A DNA stretch of 64,000 nucleotides from the human T2T-CHM13v2.0 reference genome, Homo sapiens, in assembly GCF_009914755.1 (NCBI RefSeq), contig NC_060947.1, one strand, 5' to 3'. Made by a program: the position numbers and the translations under genes. Within the stretch, counting starts at the first letter, position 1; the number at the start of each line of letters is the position of its first letter. Under the pieces are notes generated by a model, which saw only the letters and a list, made by a program, of their open reading frames with translations, ran no database searches and was not told the DNA's origin. Positions 1-13,140 of this stretch are shown in pieces.

Positions 1-149
1 GCTACAAAGGAGGTGATGCCATGTCAAATAACACCTTCTAGAAATAGACCAGCATAGAAAAGTTGGATATGCTTGCTGTATGCATGAAAGGAAGGAAAGC
101 AAGGGGCCAGACAAATGTCTTAGATATGGCCTGGGACAAGCTGAGCACC

Positions 150-260
150 AGCTTCCCTTAGCCACCAGCAACTATGTGAAATGAAAAAGATATTACCATC
201 TAGTGCCTCAATTCCCTCCTCTGCAAAATGAGAAAAATTCATGAGACTGTGGTTATCAGT
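150..260 (+). mobile_element. MIR SINE fragment
   Basis: gtgcctcaattccctcctctgcaaaatgagaa resembles the MIR core CCTCAGTTTCCTCATCTGTAAAATGG. Confidence 0.6.
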
Positions 261-997
261 ATTAGGAATCATGTGCTCCCAAGTGTGTGGACCAAGGTCA
301 GGAGAGCTCTGAGAACAATCCCAACAAGAGTCAATCACGTAAACACATGTCCTATTCTCCAAGCCCTGAGCTAAGGTAACACCTCCTGCAGAGATGAAGC
401 TGGGAAGTACGCTACTAATGTCTTTTTAGTTTTTATTTTTGTAAGTACTTCATAATAATCTCAGGGTTGAGCTAAATTTTGAGTGTTTAACCTTACTCTA
501 TTGTTCCAGTATTAATATATGAATAAATATATATTGTATATTCTCTATTAATATATTTAGATAAAAACTAAACTATTTTCATCTTAAGAATGTCAAGAAG
601 CTACTAGTGGCACAGTGTCAGTATTGCATACCTGAGATGGACAAGCAGCAGATAATCAGAATGCTATACCTTTACCTTAATATTCACTTTTGCTCTCGTT
701 TTAATTTTCTTTGATCTGAATCTCATTTTGAGACACATAAAAGTAGACCATAGAATCAGAACAAGATGCATACTCATTCCCATAAAATACCAAGTTTTAT
801 GCTGCTATATGAAGGAATATAAAAATAACAACATAATTTCAATTTTTCATCAACAGTAAGATTTTAAGACTCAATCAAAGAACATCCCTAGAAATCTTGT
901 AAAAACACTAGTGTCTTACAATCTTAATAACCCTGAACTGAGCAAAAAACATATATATATAAAGCAGGATTTTTATTGATATGAAGTGTATTTTTGA

Positions 998-1223
998 GTG
1001 GTGGTTCACAACCAGGGGTGGTTTCGCCTCAGAGGCAATATTTGACAATGTCTGGAGATATTTTTGGTTTTCATAACTTGTGGTAGTGGTGCCACTGTCA
1101 TCTACTGGGCAGAGCCCAGGCATGCTGCTAAACTAAACCTCCTACAATGCATAGGACACCTCCTACAACAAAGACGGGGTGATCAGCTCCACATGTCATG
1201 AGTGCCAAAGTTGACAAATACTG
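998..1223 (+). mobile_element. MER20 (hAT-Charlie DNA transposon)
   Basis: gtggttcacaaccagggg...tttgacaatgtctggagatatttttgg...atgctgctaaa...cctacaatgcataggac...gccaaagttgacaaatactg follows the MER20 consensus end to end. Confidence 0.85.
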
Positions 1224-1231
1224 TTTTGTAG

Positions 1232-1432
1232 GAAAAAGAGAGAGGAAGAAAAAGAAAAGGAAGCAAAGGAAAAGAAAGAGAGGGGAAGGAGGGATGTAGA
1301 AAGGAAGGAAGGAAAAAATGGAAGGAAGGAAGGGAGGGAGGGAGGGAGGGAGCAACAGTGGTAGAGAGGGAGGAATAGTTGGAGAGAAGATGGAGAAAAT
1401 GAACAGAGGGAGAGAGTAAGAGAGAAAGGAAA
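1232..1432 (+). repeat. Purine-rich low-complexity tract with (GGAA)n/(GGGA)n
   Basis: Directly visible. Confidence 0.9.
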
Positions 1433-1459
1433 ACAGGCTGGCATGACTGATGGTCTGAT

Positions 1460-1600
1460 ATGTGCTATAACAAGTTATTTATTCCTAAGAGTATCCTTAA
1501 AAACTAGCAATTTTATTCTCCATTTTACTGTGAGGACGTGAATACCTTGCGAGGTCAATGACTTGCTCCAGACTTTGTGGGTTCCAAGGTCCTGCTTCCC
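1460..1600 (-). mobile_element. MIR SINE fragment
   Basis: attctccattttactgtgaggac...gaggtcaatgacttgctcca. Confidence 0.55.
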
Positions 1601-2141
1601 TGGAAGCATCTTTTTAAAATAAGATCAAATAAGAAAGTGCAGTGACTTGATTCATCTGCACTGCTACAAGATCCCTTCTTATGTCTCCTGTCTTACATCC
1701 TGTGTTCCAGAAAATGGAACCCTCATGAAAGGAATGCAGTTTTCACATAAGGAGGCAATGCCTACTTTCTAAAAGCGTCCTTTCCTTAGAGTATTAAAGG
1801 AGATTCTGCTACAGTCTGCTCCTAGAACTTAGATATCTTTCAAAACCAATACTGGATGAGTTTCATTCACATAAAAAAAAAGCCATTACCATTTTAATTA
1901 TATTTTTCTTCTCAGCCTCCTATTCTAGATTAGTATTCATTATTACAACAGACAACTATATTCCTGCCAAGTGTGTAATACTACAAAATCTCTTTTTATA
2001 AAAGCTATTTTCTCACAGATCTGTATTACAGAGTAAGAGACAGCCAATTCTCTTAAGAAAAACAAAAGAGAAAAAATTAGCTCATAGGATAAGAACATGT
2101 ACGAACTGGGTCTCACCATTGAGTAAGATGTTCCTCAGTAC

Positions 2142-2316
2142 TTCTTCCTCCTCTCCTTCTTTACTTCCTTCCTTCCTTTCTTCCTTTGTTCTTTTTTCAC
2201 TCCTTCCCTCTCTCCCTTCCTCCCTTTCTTTTTTTACTCCTTCCTTCTCTCTCTTCCTTCCTTTCTTCCTTTCTTTCTTCCCCCCTTCCTCCCTCCCTCC
2301 CTCCCTCATTCCTTCC
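2142..2316 (+). repeat. Pyrimidine-rich low-complexity tract with (TTCC)n/(TCCC)n
   Basis: Directly visible. Confidence 0.9.
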
Positions 2317-2819
2317 TGTTTTTCCATTGGTGAAACCTTCTCAAAGGAAAAGCTTCCACTCCTATCATCAGCAGGTAACACATCACTCTGGGAGACCTTC
2401 CCTGAACAAAACAATTACCTCCTGATAAGATGCACTTGCTAGTGAACTTCTGGGCACAAGGAAGTAAGAGAAATATCCAAAATTAAGCTTTCCCACATAA
2501 AGCTCCTCCAACAGTGTAAGCAAAAGAATATTTGGGTGTCCTGAGCAAAGGGAAAACTGGACCTAAGGGAAGTCTGCCCTTATGTAACACACCCATAGTA
2601 GCACTGACCTCAGACAAAGGGAGCAGGTAGCTGGAAGGGCAGCCAGATGTGTAAGACAAGGGGCTGGGGCCAGAAACCCAAGCTTGGCTTCCAGTAAGGT
2701 GGAGAATTTGGACCCTTGAAAGGGCTCAAGTCTTACACTCTAGCTTCTATCAGAAGGAAAGCGAACCTACCTGCCTGGGGAAAGAATGCCAGCATAGGCC
2801 AGAAAATTCCCACAGATTA

Positions 2820-4670
2820 AGATCAAACAAACATGAGTTCACAGTCAAAGATCACTAAGCCCATGAACACTGAGGTATTATAGGTGCTGCACACAAAACT
2901 TGTGGTATTAAAATAGCTATTTAAAAAATAAAGTTTGAAACAGGAAACAATAAACAAAAAACAGGAAATTACTGGAAAGGACAAGGAAGATTTGAAAAAT
3001 GACCACATAGAAATGAAATAAATAAAAACTGTATTTGTTGAAATAAATAGAAATTAATGGATTAGCTAAAGAGATTAGACACAGAAGAAAAGACAATAAA
3101 AAAAGATATGTCTGGGAAAATCTTACAAAAAACAGAAGACAGAAACTAATAATATAAAAGTCAATTTAGGAGACATGGGTGCAAAAATGAGAATCTCATA
3201 TATCAAATCAAAATTTGAGAAAACAGGAAGAATGGAGAAGTGTCAGTATTTGAAAGGTGATCCCTAAGATCTTCAAATAATGATTAAATATATGAATCCA
3301 AAGGCACAGAAACCATAGAAAGAATGGATAAAGCAAAAAAAAAATCAATATTGACATGAAACTGATGAATGCCAAAAATAAACAGGAGATCTTAAATTTT
3401 AGCCCTTGCCAAAGACAACCTGTGCATAAAGTTTAACTCAAAACCAACTGACATCTGTATAGCCAGAAGACAGTGAAATGTGAAATAATGGTCCACCTGG
3501 ATTTGCATAATAAGCAAAATTATCTTTCAGGAATGAGCAGGGAACAAAGGTATTCAATCAAACAAAAACTGAAAGAGTTTATAACAAATATTCATGATAC
3601 ATAATAATAGCCTGTAACTAGGGAGACAGGTGATTGGTATTTTCTAGAATGGAGCTAAGGTCTTGCTTAATTTTAGACTTTAATGACTTAAATGTGAGTT
3701 TTACAACTGCAAGCTTTTCTTGAAAAGTAGAAATCAAGTAAATGGCAAATTAAGAAGAAAATACAGAAAAAGAACAAACTCATTTATTAAAAGGAATGCA
3801 TAAAAAAGGAAATCCGAAAGATTAAAATACGTTGAATTATATCAAATATCTTCAAACTCATAAATAGCATAAGTTATGCAATTACTAGACTGAAACTGTC
3901 ACATTGAAAAAAAGAAATTATAGATATCTGTCATATGAAATGATACAACCATAATATCTGAAATTACTAAAGGTGAAAATATAAAAAATATATTCTCAGC
4001 AATAGCCAACCCAAAAGTAAAAAAGAAACAAGCATATTTCTACTAATATTGGATATCTATTGTAAAACAGAAAGCATTTTAAGAGATAGCAAGAATATTA
4101 CATAGTAAAATATTTCATTCTTCAAGGAGATAACTTGTTATATATTTTATGCCACATACGTTCTTTAAAAAACCCCAAATCAGTAGTATTATAGGAAGAA
4201 TTTATAAATTCATTCATTAATGGAAGATACAAAGAAACCTATTTTCAATTTTAATAGATCAAAAAATAGGAAAAACAGATGCCATAAACAGTTAACCGAT
4301 GATTTGATAGACAATTACATAATTTTGTATCTCATCATTAGAAAATACACACAAAACACTTAAAAATTAACTGTTTATTAGAACGTCACACAAATCTCAC
4401 TTAACACTTAATAGACAAATACTGAAATACTGTGTTTTAGAATTTACAGGAGGCAGGAAAATTAGCAGTAGAGAAAATTTAAAGCCATAAATACTGACAT
4501 CAGTAACAAACACAAGGGCAAAAAGTAATGAGTGAATCATCCCACTTAAGAAATTAGTGGAGAAAAACAGAAGAAACTAAACAGAAAGTAGAAGGAAGAA
4601 GGTATAAAAAGGAAAGAAGAAAAGCTAAAGATGCAATAGCAAGATTTGGCAAGGTTAAAAAGCTGGTCCC
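2820..4670 (+). mobile_element. Ancient degenerate L1 (L1M-type), ORF1 to ORF2 start
   Basis: Strongly A-rich plus strand with L1 ORF1-like stretches (tatgaatccaaaggcacagaaacc; gcaaaattatctttcaggaatgag) and endonuclease-region remnants. Confidence 0.65.
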
Positions 4671-4797
4671 AGCTGGGACCAGCTTCTCTATTCATATGCA
4701 CTTCTGGCTTCTGGACTCTCTATTCTGTCCCACTGTTAATGTTTTTCCCTGTGCCAGTGTTATAGGAACCCACCGATGCTTCAACCACACCTAGAAT

Positions 4798-4902
4798 TAG
4801 AGTATCCAAGTCCCAGTTGGCCTGGGACTGAGATATTCCCCAGGTGAGGAGATTCTGGTGCTAGAGCTGGCAATGACCTGCACAAAGATGACAGATCACC
4901 CT
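4798..4902 (+). mobile_element. MER81-like short hAT DNA transposon
   Basis: tagagtatccaagtcccagttggcctgggactgag...agatcacccta; about 105 bp with degenerate TAGGGTGA..TCACCCTA termini. Confidence 0.6.
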
Positions 4903-5370
4903 ACTTCACATTTCTGTTATGGGGTGGGGGGATACTAGACAGGGTATGCATTGCATCTCAAATATTTCTACAAATGAATGTAGTTAGGATCTTGGAGGAA
5001 ATTTCTAAAGAAGATCTCAGAGGATCTGCTGCAGGTTATCGAATAGCCTAAGCCATTTATCAGGTTGGCCAGAGGACTTGAGCCACAGAAATACAGAAAA
5101 GTCATCGGTTGTCTGTTTCTGTATTGAAGCATGAAGGGAAGTAGAGACATGAAGTATGAAATTGCCAAGTCAGGGTAAATACATCTAGGGTGCAATTTGG
5201 GGTGAATCATGTGTAAATGTTTATGGTGTTAATGAAAAACGTTGCAGCAATTTTTTTTTTAAAAAGAGTAATTTTATCAAATTTGCACATTGGAAATCCT
5301 GCTATGAAAAGAGTTCCATGTGTACGAGCCTTAGTTGTTGAATTCTATTTTTAAATGGCTAAGGCTTTAA

Positions 5371-5378
5371 GTACGTGC

Positions 5379-5426
<48 letters not shown>
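5371..5426 (+). repeat. (GT)n microsatellite with GCGT lead-in
   Basis: 56 bp of alternating purine-pyrimidine. Confidence 0.97.
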
Positions 5427-5429
<3 letters not shown>

Positions 5430-5930
5430 TATGGCAATGTTGCTAAGTGCATAAATATGCGCTCTGAATTCCAGCTTTGGGTAGACTCTACTCAGATTGC
5501 ATGCTATTTAATGATTGCATTGACTCTGAAGCATATATGCAATTCTATACTATTGCTGATACATGCTTTTATAAAATAGCAGTGCTGCTGGAAAACAATA
5601 GTTGCAAAACAACAATGCCTCAAGCTGTGCATAAATCAGGGCTTGTAAAACTCATAAGCTGCACTTCAACTCTTAAGCAACTGTTACCTTAAAGAAGAAC
5701 TAGCCTTTCCACAATATCTATTGATTAATATGAAATACTAAAAGAGGTTTTGTTTCATAAACTGTTGCTTCTTGGCTTCTAAAAAGATACAGTTTTACCT
5801 TTTATGATTTTATTACATAATTGTAAAGAAATAATTGTTGAAAGAAATTCACGTTCCTGTAATTCTGATTCTACCCCATATATGTTAAGGAACAATAAGG
5901 TAACACAATAGATTAGGCTAGGATTACCAT

Positions 5931-6130
5931 ACTGGTGCTCAATGAAGACAATGCTGCCCCCTCAGGAGCCACTTGGCAATGCCTGCAGGTAGTTTTGGTT
6001 GTCACAATTAAGGATGGGCGTTAGGTGTTAAAGACTTGGAGTGGGTAGACGCCAGGAGTGCTGCTAAACATCTTACAACGCACAGGAAGCGCCCCAAAAG
6101 TTTTAATAGTGCTAATGTGGACAAACCCTG
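5931..6130 (+). mobile_element. MER20
   Basis: cttggcaatgcctgcaggtagttttggttgtcacaa...gtgggtagacgccaggagtgctgctaaacatcttacaacgcacagga...aaaccctg. Confidence 0.8.
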
Positions 6131-7220
6131 AATTTGGGAAAGAAAAAGGTGGAAAAATCAAAATGGTCCCTGGCCAGGATGCATGCATCACCTGTTTATA
6201 GCCGCTACATCTGAATATGGAGGCTGCAATGACCAATGGTTTGGAGTATCAGGGCATCTGGAAATATTCTACAGCATGAAGCTAACTAATTGTTTGTTGT
6301 GCCAACAGAAAACAGTTACCATAACACAGAGCTGTCTGTAGGTACAAAATCCAGAACTGCGTTACAATATCTGCCTTATGAAGAAGTTATGTTTCAGAGC
6401 CAAATTCCACAGGACACTGCATCCTGAAAGTTCATCCTAGTGGTGACTTGGAGAGCTAGGGGGATGCCTAACCACTCATCTGTCAAAAAACAGCTCTGTC
6501 ATTCTTCCTCCCACTCTTTCTTGAGATTGAATGGTGTATTAACACTGGCTTTTCATGTTCTATTGAGCCTCATTTCCTGCATTTAGGAACCAGCCTTCCC
6601 TACAGATTAGAGGCCAAGCTAGAGCTGAAAAATAGAAACAACAAGCTTGTTATCTGAAATCACAGCCATCAAAAATGCACTCTATAATGCCCCCGATAAA
6701 ATGTTAACCCTTAATGTGATAGCCTCAAGATTAACCTTTAGAATATGCACCTTTAAAAAAAAATAATGGTACAACATCTCCCAGCACAATAATTGAATTC
6801 GCAATGCAGCTGAGTTGTGGAAGTGAATTCACAAGTGTCCCTAGACTCCTCAAAGGCCACTTGAAGAAGAGCGGACTGTTGTATGTCATTATGTGAGAAA
6901 TTTAAGGCCAAAGAGGTTAACTCGCTGAGAGACTTTGGCTGTTTGATGTTAAAGCCCCATTGTCAGAGACTCTCATCTGGAGGCCAACATTAAGGATGCT
7001 ATAGAGGAAAAAGCACACACATACGAACATGAGTATCTTCTTAGCATGAAAATCTAAAAGACAACATCATTTGCGCCAGAGGCCTTGAGCCACAGGGAAC
7101 CTAACCACGAAATGCAGAAAAATCATGGGTTGTTTGTTTCTGTATTAGATTGTGAAGGGAGGTTGGACTCGAAGTACGAAGTTGCCAAGGACATTGATGG
7201 TGCTGTTGAAAATTTTCATA

Positions 7221-7222
<2 letters not shown>

Positions 7223-7252
<30 letters not shown>
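7223..7252 (+). repeat. (GT)15 microsatellite
   Basis: Directly visible. Confidence 0.95.
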
Positions 7253-7254
<2 letters not shown>

Positions 7255-7257
<3 letters not shown>

Positions 7258-7560
7258 ATCTTCATCTTTCATCTATTGTGGTAACATCTTAACATCTCCA
7301 ACTGTCATTATTGATGAGTCTTTCTTTGCATTTATTGCTAATTGTATAATTAACAGCTCTCTTATTAGGTGTACACAAATTAACATTATTAGTTCTCTTA
7401 GGTGAATTCTTCCTTGTATCATTATGAAATGTCTCTCTTTTATTTTGGAAATAATCCTTATCTTGAAGGTATCTTTGCCTGATATTAATAGAGCCATCTC
7501 AGCTTTCTTGGCTTTTTTTTTTTTTTCCTTATTTGTTTTCATGATACATACTTTGAAATA
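7255..7560 (-). mobile_element. L1 ORF2 endonuclease-domain fragment
   Basis: Track ORF 7273..7542 (KKAEMALLISGKDTFKIRIISKIKERHFIMIQGRIH...TVGDV) is a decayed match to L1 ORF2p KKAGVAILVSDKTDFK...EGHYIMVKGSI...GDFN. Confidence 0.8.
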
Positions 7561-8282
7561 TTCACACAGTGTACATATTTTAAAGATATGAATCTGACTA
7601 CAGACTTACTAAAGACAGTCATTGACAACATTGTTTTCATTGGATACTTTTTTGAAAATGTTTATAGCAGAGGCCAAAGAACATAAGTAGGAGAACAAAT
7701 ACAATCTAATGAGAGAGACTTGGGGGTGTTGCTGTGGTTGCAGGAGGGCAGGACTCTGAATACCCCCTTACCCTAAACTCCACCTAGTTAGTCCCTCTAT
7801 GTGAACCCAGACACAAATGTGCTGAACCCGAAATCTGGGACACCTGGTTTAGTAAGATGGAGAGTAGAGAAACACTAAAATTCAAAAGAAATAGATCGAA
7901 TGTATTCATAACACTTGCTAAGAATATACACCATGACCCTTATGTATCCTAAAACAATGCCTTTATCACAAATGGACTCTCACCTATAAGAAAAGGTCCA
8001 TGTCACTCATTAGTTCAGGGACACTCCCTCATTCGATGGCTTAGCAACTGCATTCAACTCAGACCAATCCAAACTCAGGCTTAAAAAAATAACACGTCCT
8101 CAAATCATGGCCCTTTACAGCTACAACATTAAGAATTAACATCTAGCATTTCAAATTGGTAACAAAGGTGAGCTGTCTACAATCTACCTTTGGGAAGAAA
8201 AAAAAAAGTAAAACCTCAACAGCAATAAATGAATAATGCTCAACTGAAATATGAGAAGAAAATAAACCAATTAAAAACTAGA

Positions 8283-8612
8283 GGGTGGGGCGCGATGGCT
8301 CGCACCTGGAATCCCAGCACTTTGGTAGGCCCAGGCCGGAGGATCGCTTGAGCCCAGGCATTTGAGACCAGCCTGGGCAACGGAATTTGTAGAGACAGCC
8401 TTGCCTCTACAAAAAATAAAATAAGCTGGGTGTGGTTGTGGATGTTTGTAGTTCTAGCTACTTGGGAGGCTGAGGGAAGAGGATTGCTTGAGCCCAGGAG
8501 TTGGAGGCTGCAGTGAGCTATCTATGATCACACCACTGCACTCCAGTGTGGGTGGCAGAGCGAGGCTCTCTCAAATAAAATACATAAATAAAAATAATAA
8601 TAAAAAAATAAA
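8283..8612 (+). mobile_element. Alu (AluJ-type)
   Basis: Dimeric Alu with A-rich tail; TSD aaaaactaga. Confidence 0.92.
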
Positions 8613-9219
8613 AACTAGAAAAGCACAAGGTCTTAGGAAGAAATTGACATGTATGTGAGACTCACTAATCACACCCTGCAAATGTCTTCTGAGTGAGAAT
8701 ATGATCTCCCTAGTGCAGAAACCATTGTCTTAGTTGCCTTTGTGTCTCCAAGGTAAACCTTTGGGCTACATGACAGAAGACAACAAAGGGTGCTGATCCA
8801 ATGCTTGAATGTTATTATAGAAAAGTATCAAGAATGAAAGAAGAAAGAAGTCTACAGGATTGTATAATATAAACGGCCTGCGTACTTTTATTGTCTACCC
8901 CTGCCTGCATTTCCAGCTTCCCCTCCTGCCTAACTCCCCATTGCCGCTGTTCTCAAGCCACACCTGTCACTTCAGATCCTGACTGCACTGGGCTCCTTCG
9001 AGCCCTGGAGTCTTCGCATGAAAGTCCCTCTGCTCACCAAGACCTTCTTACCCTAATAACTTACTACTGCCCCTTCAACCGCCCGTTCTCAATATCAATA
9101 TGTATCCTCACAACTGGATCAGAAACTTTGGAAACCAGCTCTACCAGCATCTAACATGTATTTCAGTTTGTAATTATACTTGTGGGTGATCTGATGATTA
9201 TTTTTCTTCAACTGCTGGA

Positions 9220-9398
9220 AGAGTTTCTCAACCTTGGCACTGCTGACCTTTTTTGGTCAGATAATTCTTTATTGTGAAGGGGGTCTGGCCTCTTCCCACT
9301 AGACATCAGCAACAAATCTCAGTCATGACAACCTACACTGTCCTTAGACATCGCCAAATGTCCCCTGAGGCAAAATTACCCCTGGTGAAGAAATGCTA
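9220..9398 (-). mobile_element. MER20 with internal deletion
   Basis: gtttctcaaccttggcactgctgac...gataattcttt...agacatcgccaaatgtcccctgaggcaaaattacccc. Confidence 0.8.
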
Positions 9399-9419
9399 CA
9401 TCAGAGTATAAGCCACATT

Positions 9420-9525
9420 AAATAAGAAACTATGTCTTTTTTGCTCCGTATTCAATGTCTAAAGTCTAGTACCATGAAGAGTACATAGGAGATGCTCATA
9501 ACATTTAGATGGATAGATGAATAAA
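9420..9525 (+). mobile_element. L2 3' end fragment
   Basis: gtctagtaccatgaagagtacataggagatgctcataacatttagatggatagatgaat. Confidence 0.45.
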
Positions 9526-10141
9526 CCACAAGTAACTACAGGTTAATGTCAGGTCTGGTTGTAGCTCGTAGAATATTCTGGGATAGCCAATTCAGAGCAG
9601 CAAGTCCTGTGTATCAATTTCTATCAAACTTTGAGCACTAAAATGGCTCTGAAGTATATGTAACAACAAAGAATGCTTATTTTCTTCTATGAGTTTTGTT
9701 GATCAAAATTACTTTGTTCTTTCTTGGACTCTAGTTGGTGTCTGATCTCTCTCTTTGACAGCAGAAAACTTGTCCTCATTCACTTAAGTGTTTCCTGGTA
9801 TCTATGACTAGGCATCAACCTTTTAAAGTTGAATGGATAAAAAAGTATCTACTATCCATTCTTACACCATAAAGAACTACTTATATAATAATACCTGGTA
9901 CACAGCAAGTGCTCATTAAATATTTGTGAAGCTGAACTGAACTGTATAAATCAGCATTAATTTATAATTTAACACAGAGGAGGCAAAGGATGCTGGAAAA
10001 ATTATCAGATGACAATGTGATGATGTCCATTTGAAGTCAATAGACTTGTCTTTGCTTGTTGCAAATTAAATTCTGCATAATCAGTCTCCCTAAGCTTTGT
10101 TTTTCTTCTCTGTTAAGCCAGTAGAAAATGTCTTTATAGCC

Positions 10142-10646
10142 TGCCAAGACCAGCTCGGTCCGGGAGACCCTAACCCAGCAGCGCTAGAGGAATTAAAGAC
10201 ACACAGAAATATAGAGGTGTGGAGTGGGAAATCAGGGGTCTCACAGCCTTCAGAGGTGAGAGCCTCAAACAGTTCACCCACATATTTGTTAACAGCAAGC
10301 CAGTGATAAGCATTGTTTTTATAGATTATAGATAACTAAAAGTATTCTTTATGGGAAACAAAGGGATGGGCTGAAATAAAGGGATGGGCTCTGGCTAGTT
10401 ATCTGCAGCAGGAGCATGTCCTTAAGGCACAGATCGCTCATGCTATTGTTTGTGGTTTAAGAACACCTTTAAGCGGTTTTCCGCCCTGGGTGGGCCAGGT
10501 GTTCCTTGCCCTCATTCTGGTAAACCCACAGCCTTCCAGCATGGGGGTCATGGCCATCATGAACATGTCACAGTGCTGCAGAGATTTTGTTTTGGCCAGT
10601 TTGGGGGCAAGTTTATGGCCAGATTTTAGGGGGCCTGTTCCCAACA
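10142..10646 (-). mobile_element. MER9 solo LTR (HERV-K9/HML-3)
   Basis: Minus strand starts TGTTGGGAACAGGCCCCC..AATCTGGCCATAAAC and ends GGGTCTCCCGGACCGAGCTGGTCTTGGCA; 6-bp TSD atagcc/ctagcc. Confidence 0.9.
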
Positions 10647-11595
10647 CTAGCCTAGTTCATCAGTTGCTGTATAAAATGTGAAAATGTCTGTGAATGGCTA
10701 TGTGTGGAAAGCATTTACTTTGGTTTTATGCAAAGCTAAGTCAGGGTCTTCACTCAATCAAGTCTTATGTGGTACAGCTGAGTGTTGGAAAATACAAGAT
10801 AACATATAGCTGCAGGTAGAGTCCAGTGGGAGCTCCGTGGAGGGAAATTTATCTCTACCCAGAAGTAGTTGGCAAAGGAATCTTCTGCAATCTGTCTCAA
10901 TGAGTGGGAATTAAACAAATAATGAAAAGTAGAGAGGACAATACAGATAGAGAAACAGATACCATACCAACGGCAGTGATAACATTAGAATTCATTTATT
11001 CATTCATGCACTTCACAAATATTAAGCTTTGAATAAATAGGCCTAGACTCTGCAAGGTAGTACTGAAGAAAACAAAGACCCACAGTCTTGGAGTTTATAT
11101 TCTGAAGACGATAAGCAGATAAATATATATACGATAAACATATATACCATGAATATAGATCTCTGATCAACTCCTTTCTCCTCATCCTTCTCAATGTCAT
11201 CAACATGAATATCATCTTTATACTTGAGGCAGACTAGAGATCGATTGCATTCCAAGAGGCAGGGGAATTGTGGCAGTCCCAGGAGGTAGGAAAATCATGT
11301 CTCCCAAAGGAGTCACTTGAAAGAAATATAATTAAATATGAAAAAAATAAAGAAAAAAACCAAAACATTTAAACTATAAAGAGAATGTACTTTTCAGGAT
11401 GCCCCCACGTGAGGCCTCTCAGAAATGTAATCTTACTTTAAAACTCAATATGACATTGGAAATAATTAACAAAATATGCCATGCAATATTCAGGAATGGG
11501 AGACAGATAAACAGATGGATGGACAGATAGATAGATGGTACAGTATGCTATAGTCTGAAAGTTCTGTCCTCTCAAAATTCATATGTTTATATCCA

Positions 11596-12585
<990 letters not shown>

Positions 12586-12892
12586 TATATAAATCTTAAT
12601 CCCCAACGGGACAGTATTAGGAGGTGGGCGCCTTTTGGAGGTAATGAGGTCATGACAGTGGAGTTTCATGAATGGGATCAGTGCCCTTATAAAAGGGATC
12701 CCACAGAGCTCCCTTGCCCTTTCCACTATGTGAGGACACAGTGAGAAGGCGCTGTCTATGAATCAGGAAGTGGGTCCCCACCAGACACTGAATCTGTAAG
12801 CACTTTGATCTTGAACTTCCAGCCTTCTTATGTGTGTGTATATAATTTTGCTCAGTTACATAACAAAAACCTGTAAGTAATTTGCTGAACTA

Positions 12893-13140
12893 AGAGAGAG
12901 AGAGAGGATTGATAGATATATACATACATACATACATACATACATACATAGACAGATAGATACATAGATGCATAGAGATGATAGATACATATAGATAAGA
13001 TAGATCGATATATATATAGATACATACATATATGCATACATACATACATAGATACATAGAGATGATAGATATAAATTAGATAGATAAGAAATCAACAGAT
13101 TAGATAGAGAGAGAGGGGTAGATAGATTAAATAGATACTT
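12893..13140 (+). repeat. Compound (GA)n/(TACA)n/(TAGA)n simple repeat
   Basis: Directly visible. Confidence 0.92.

Noticed and set aside
2082-2442. Overlapping 79-110 aa ORFs
   Set aside because: Products of a stop-poor (TTCC/TCCC)n low-complexity tract.
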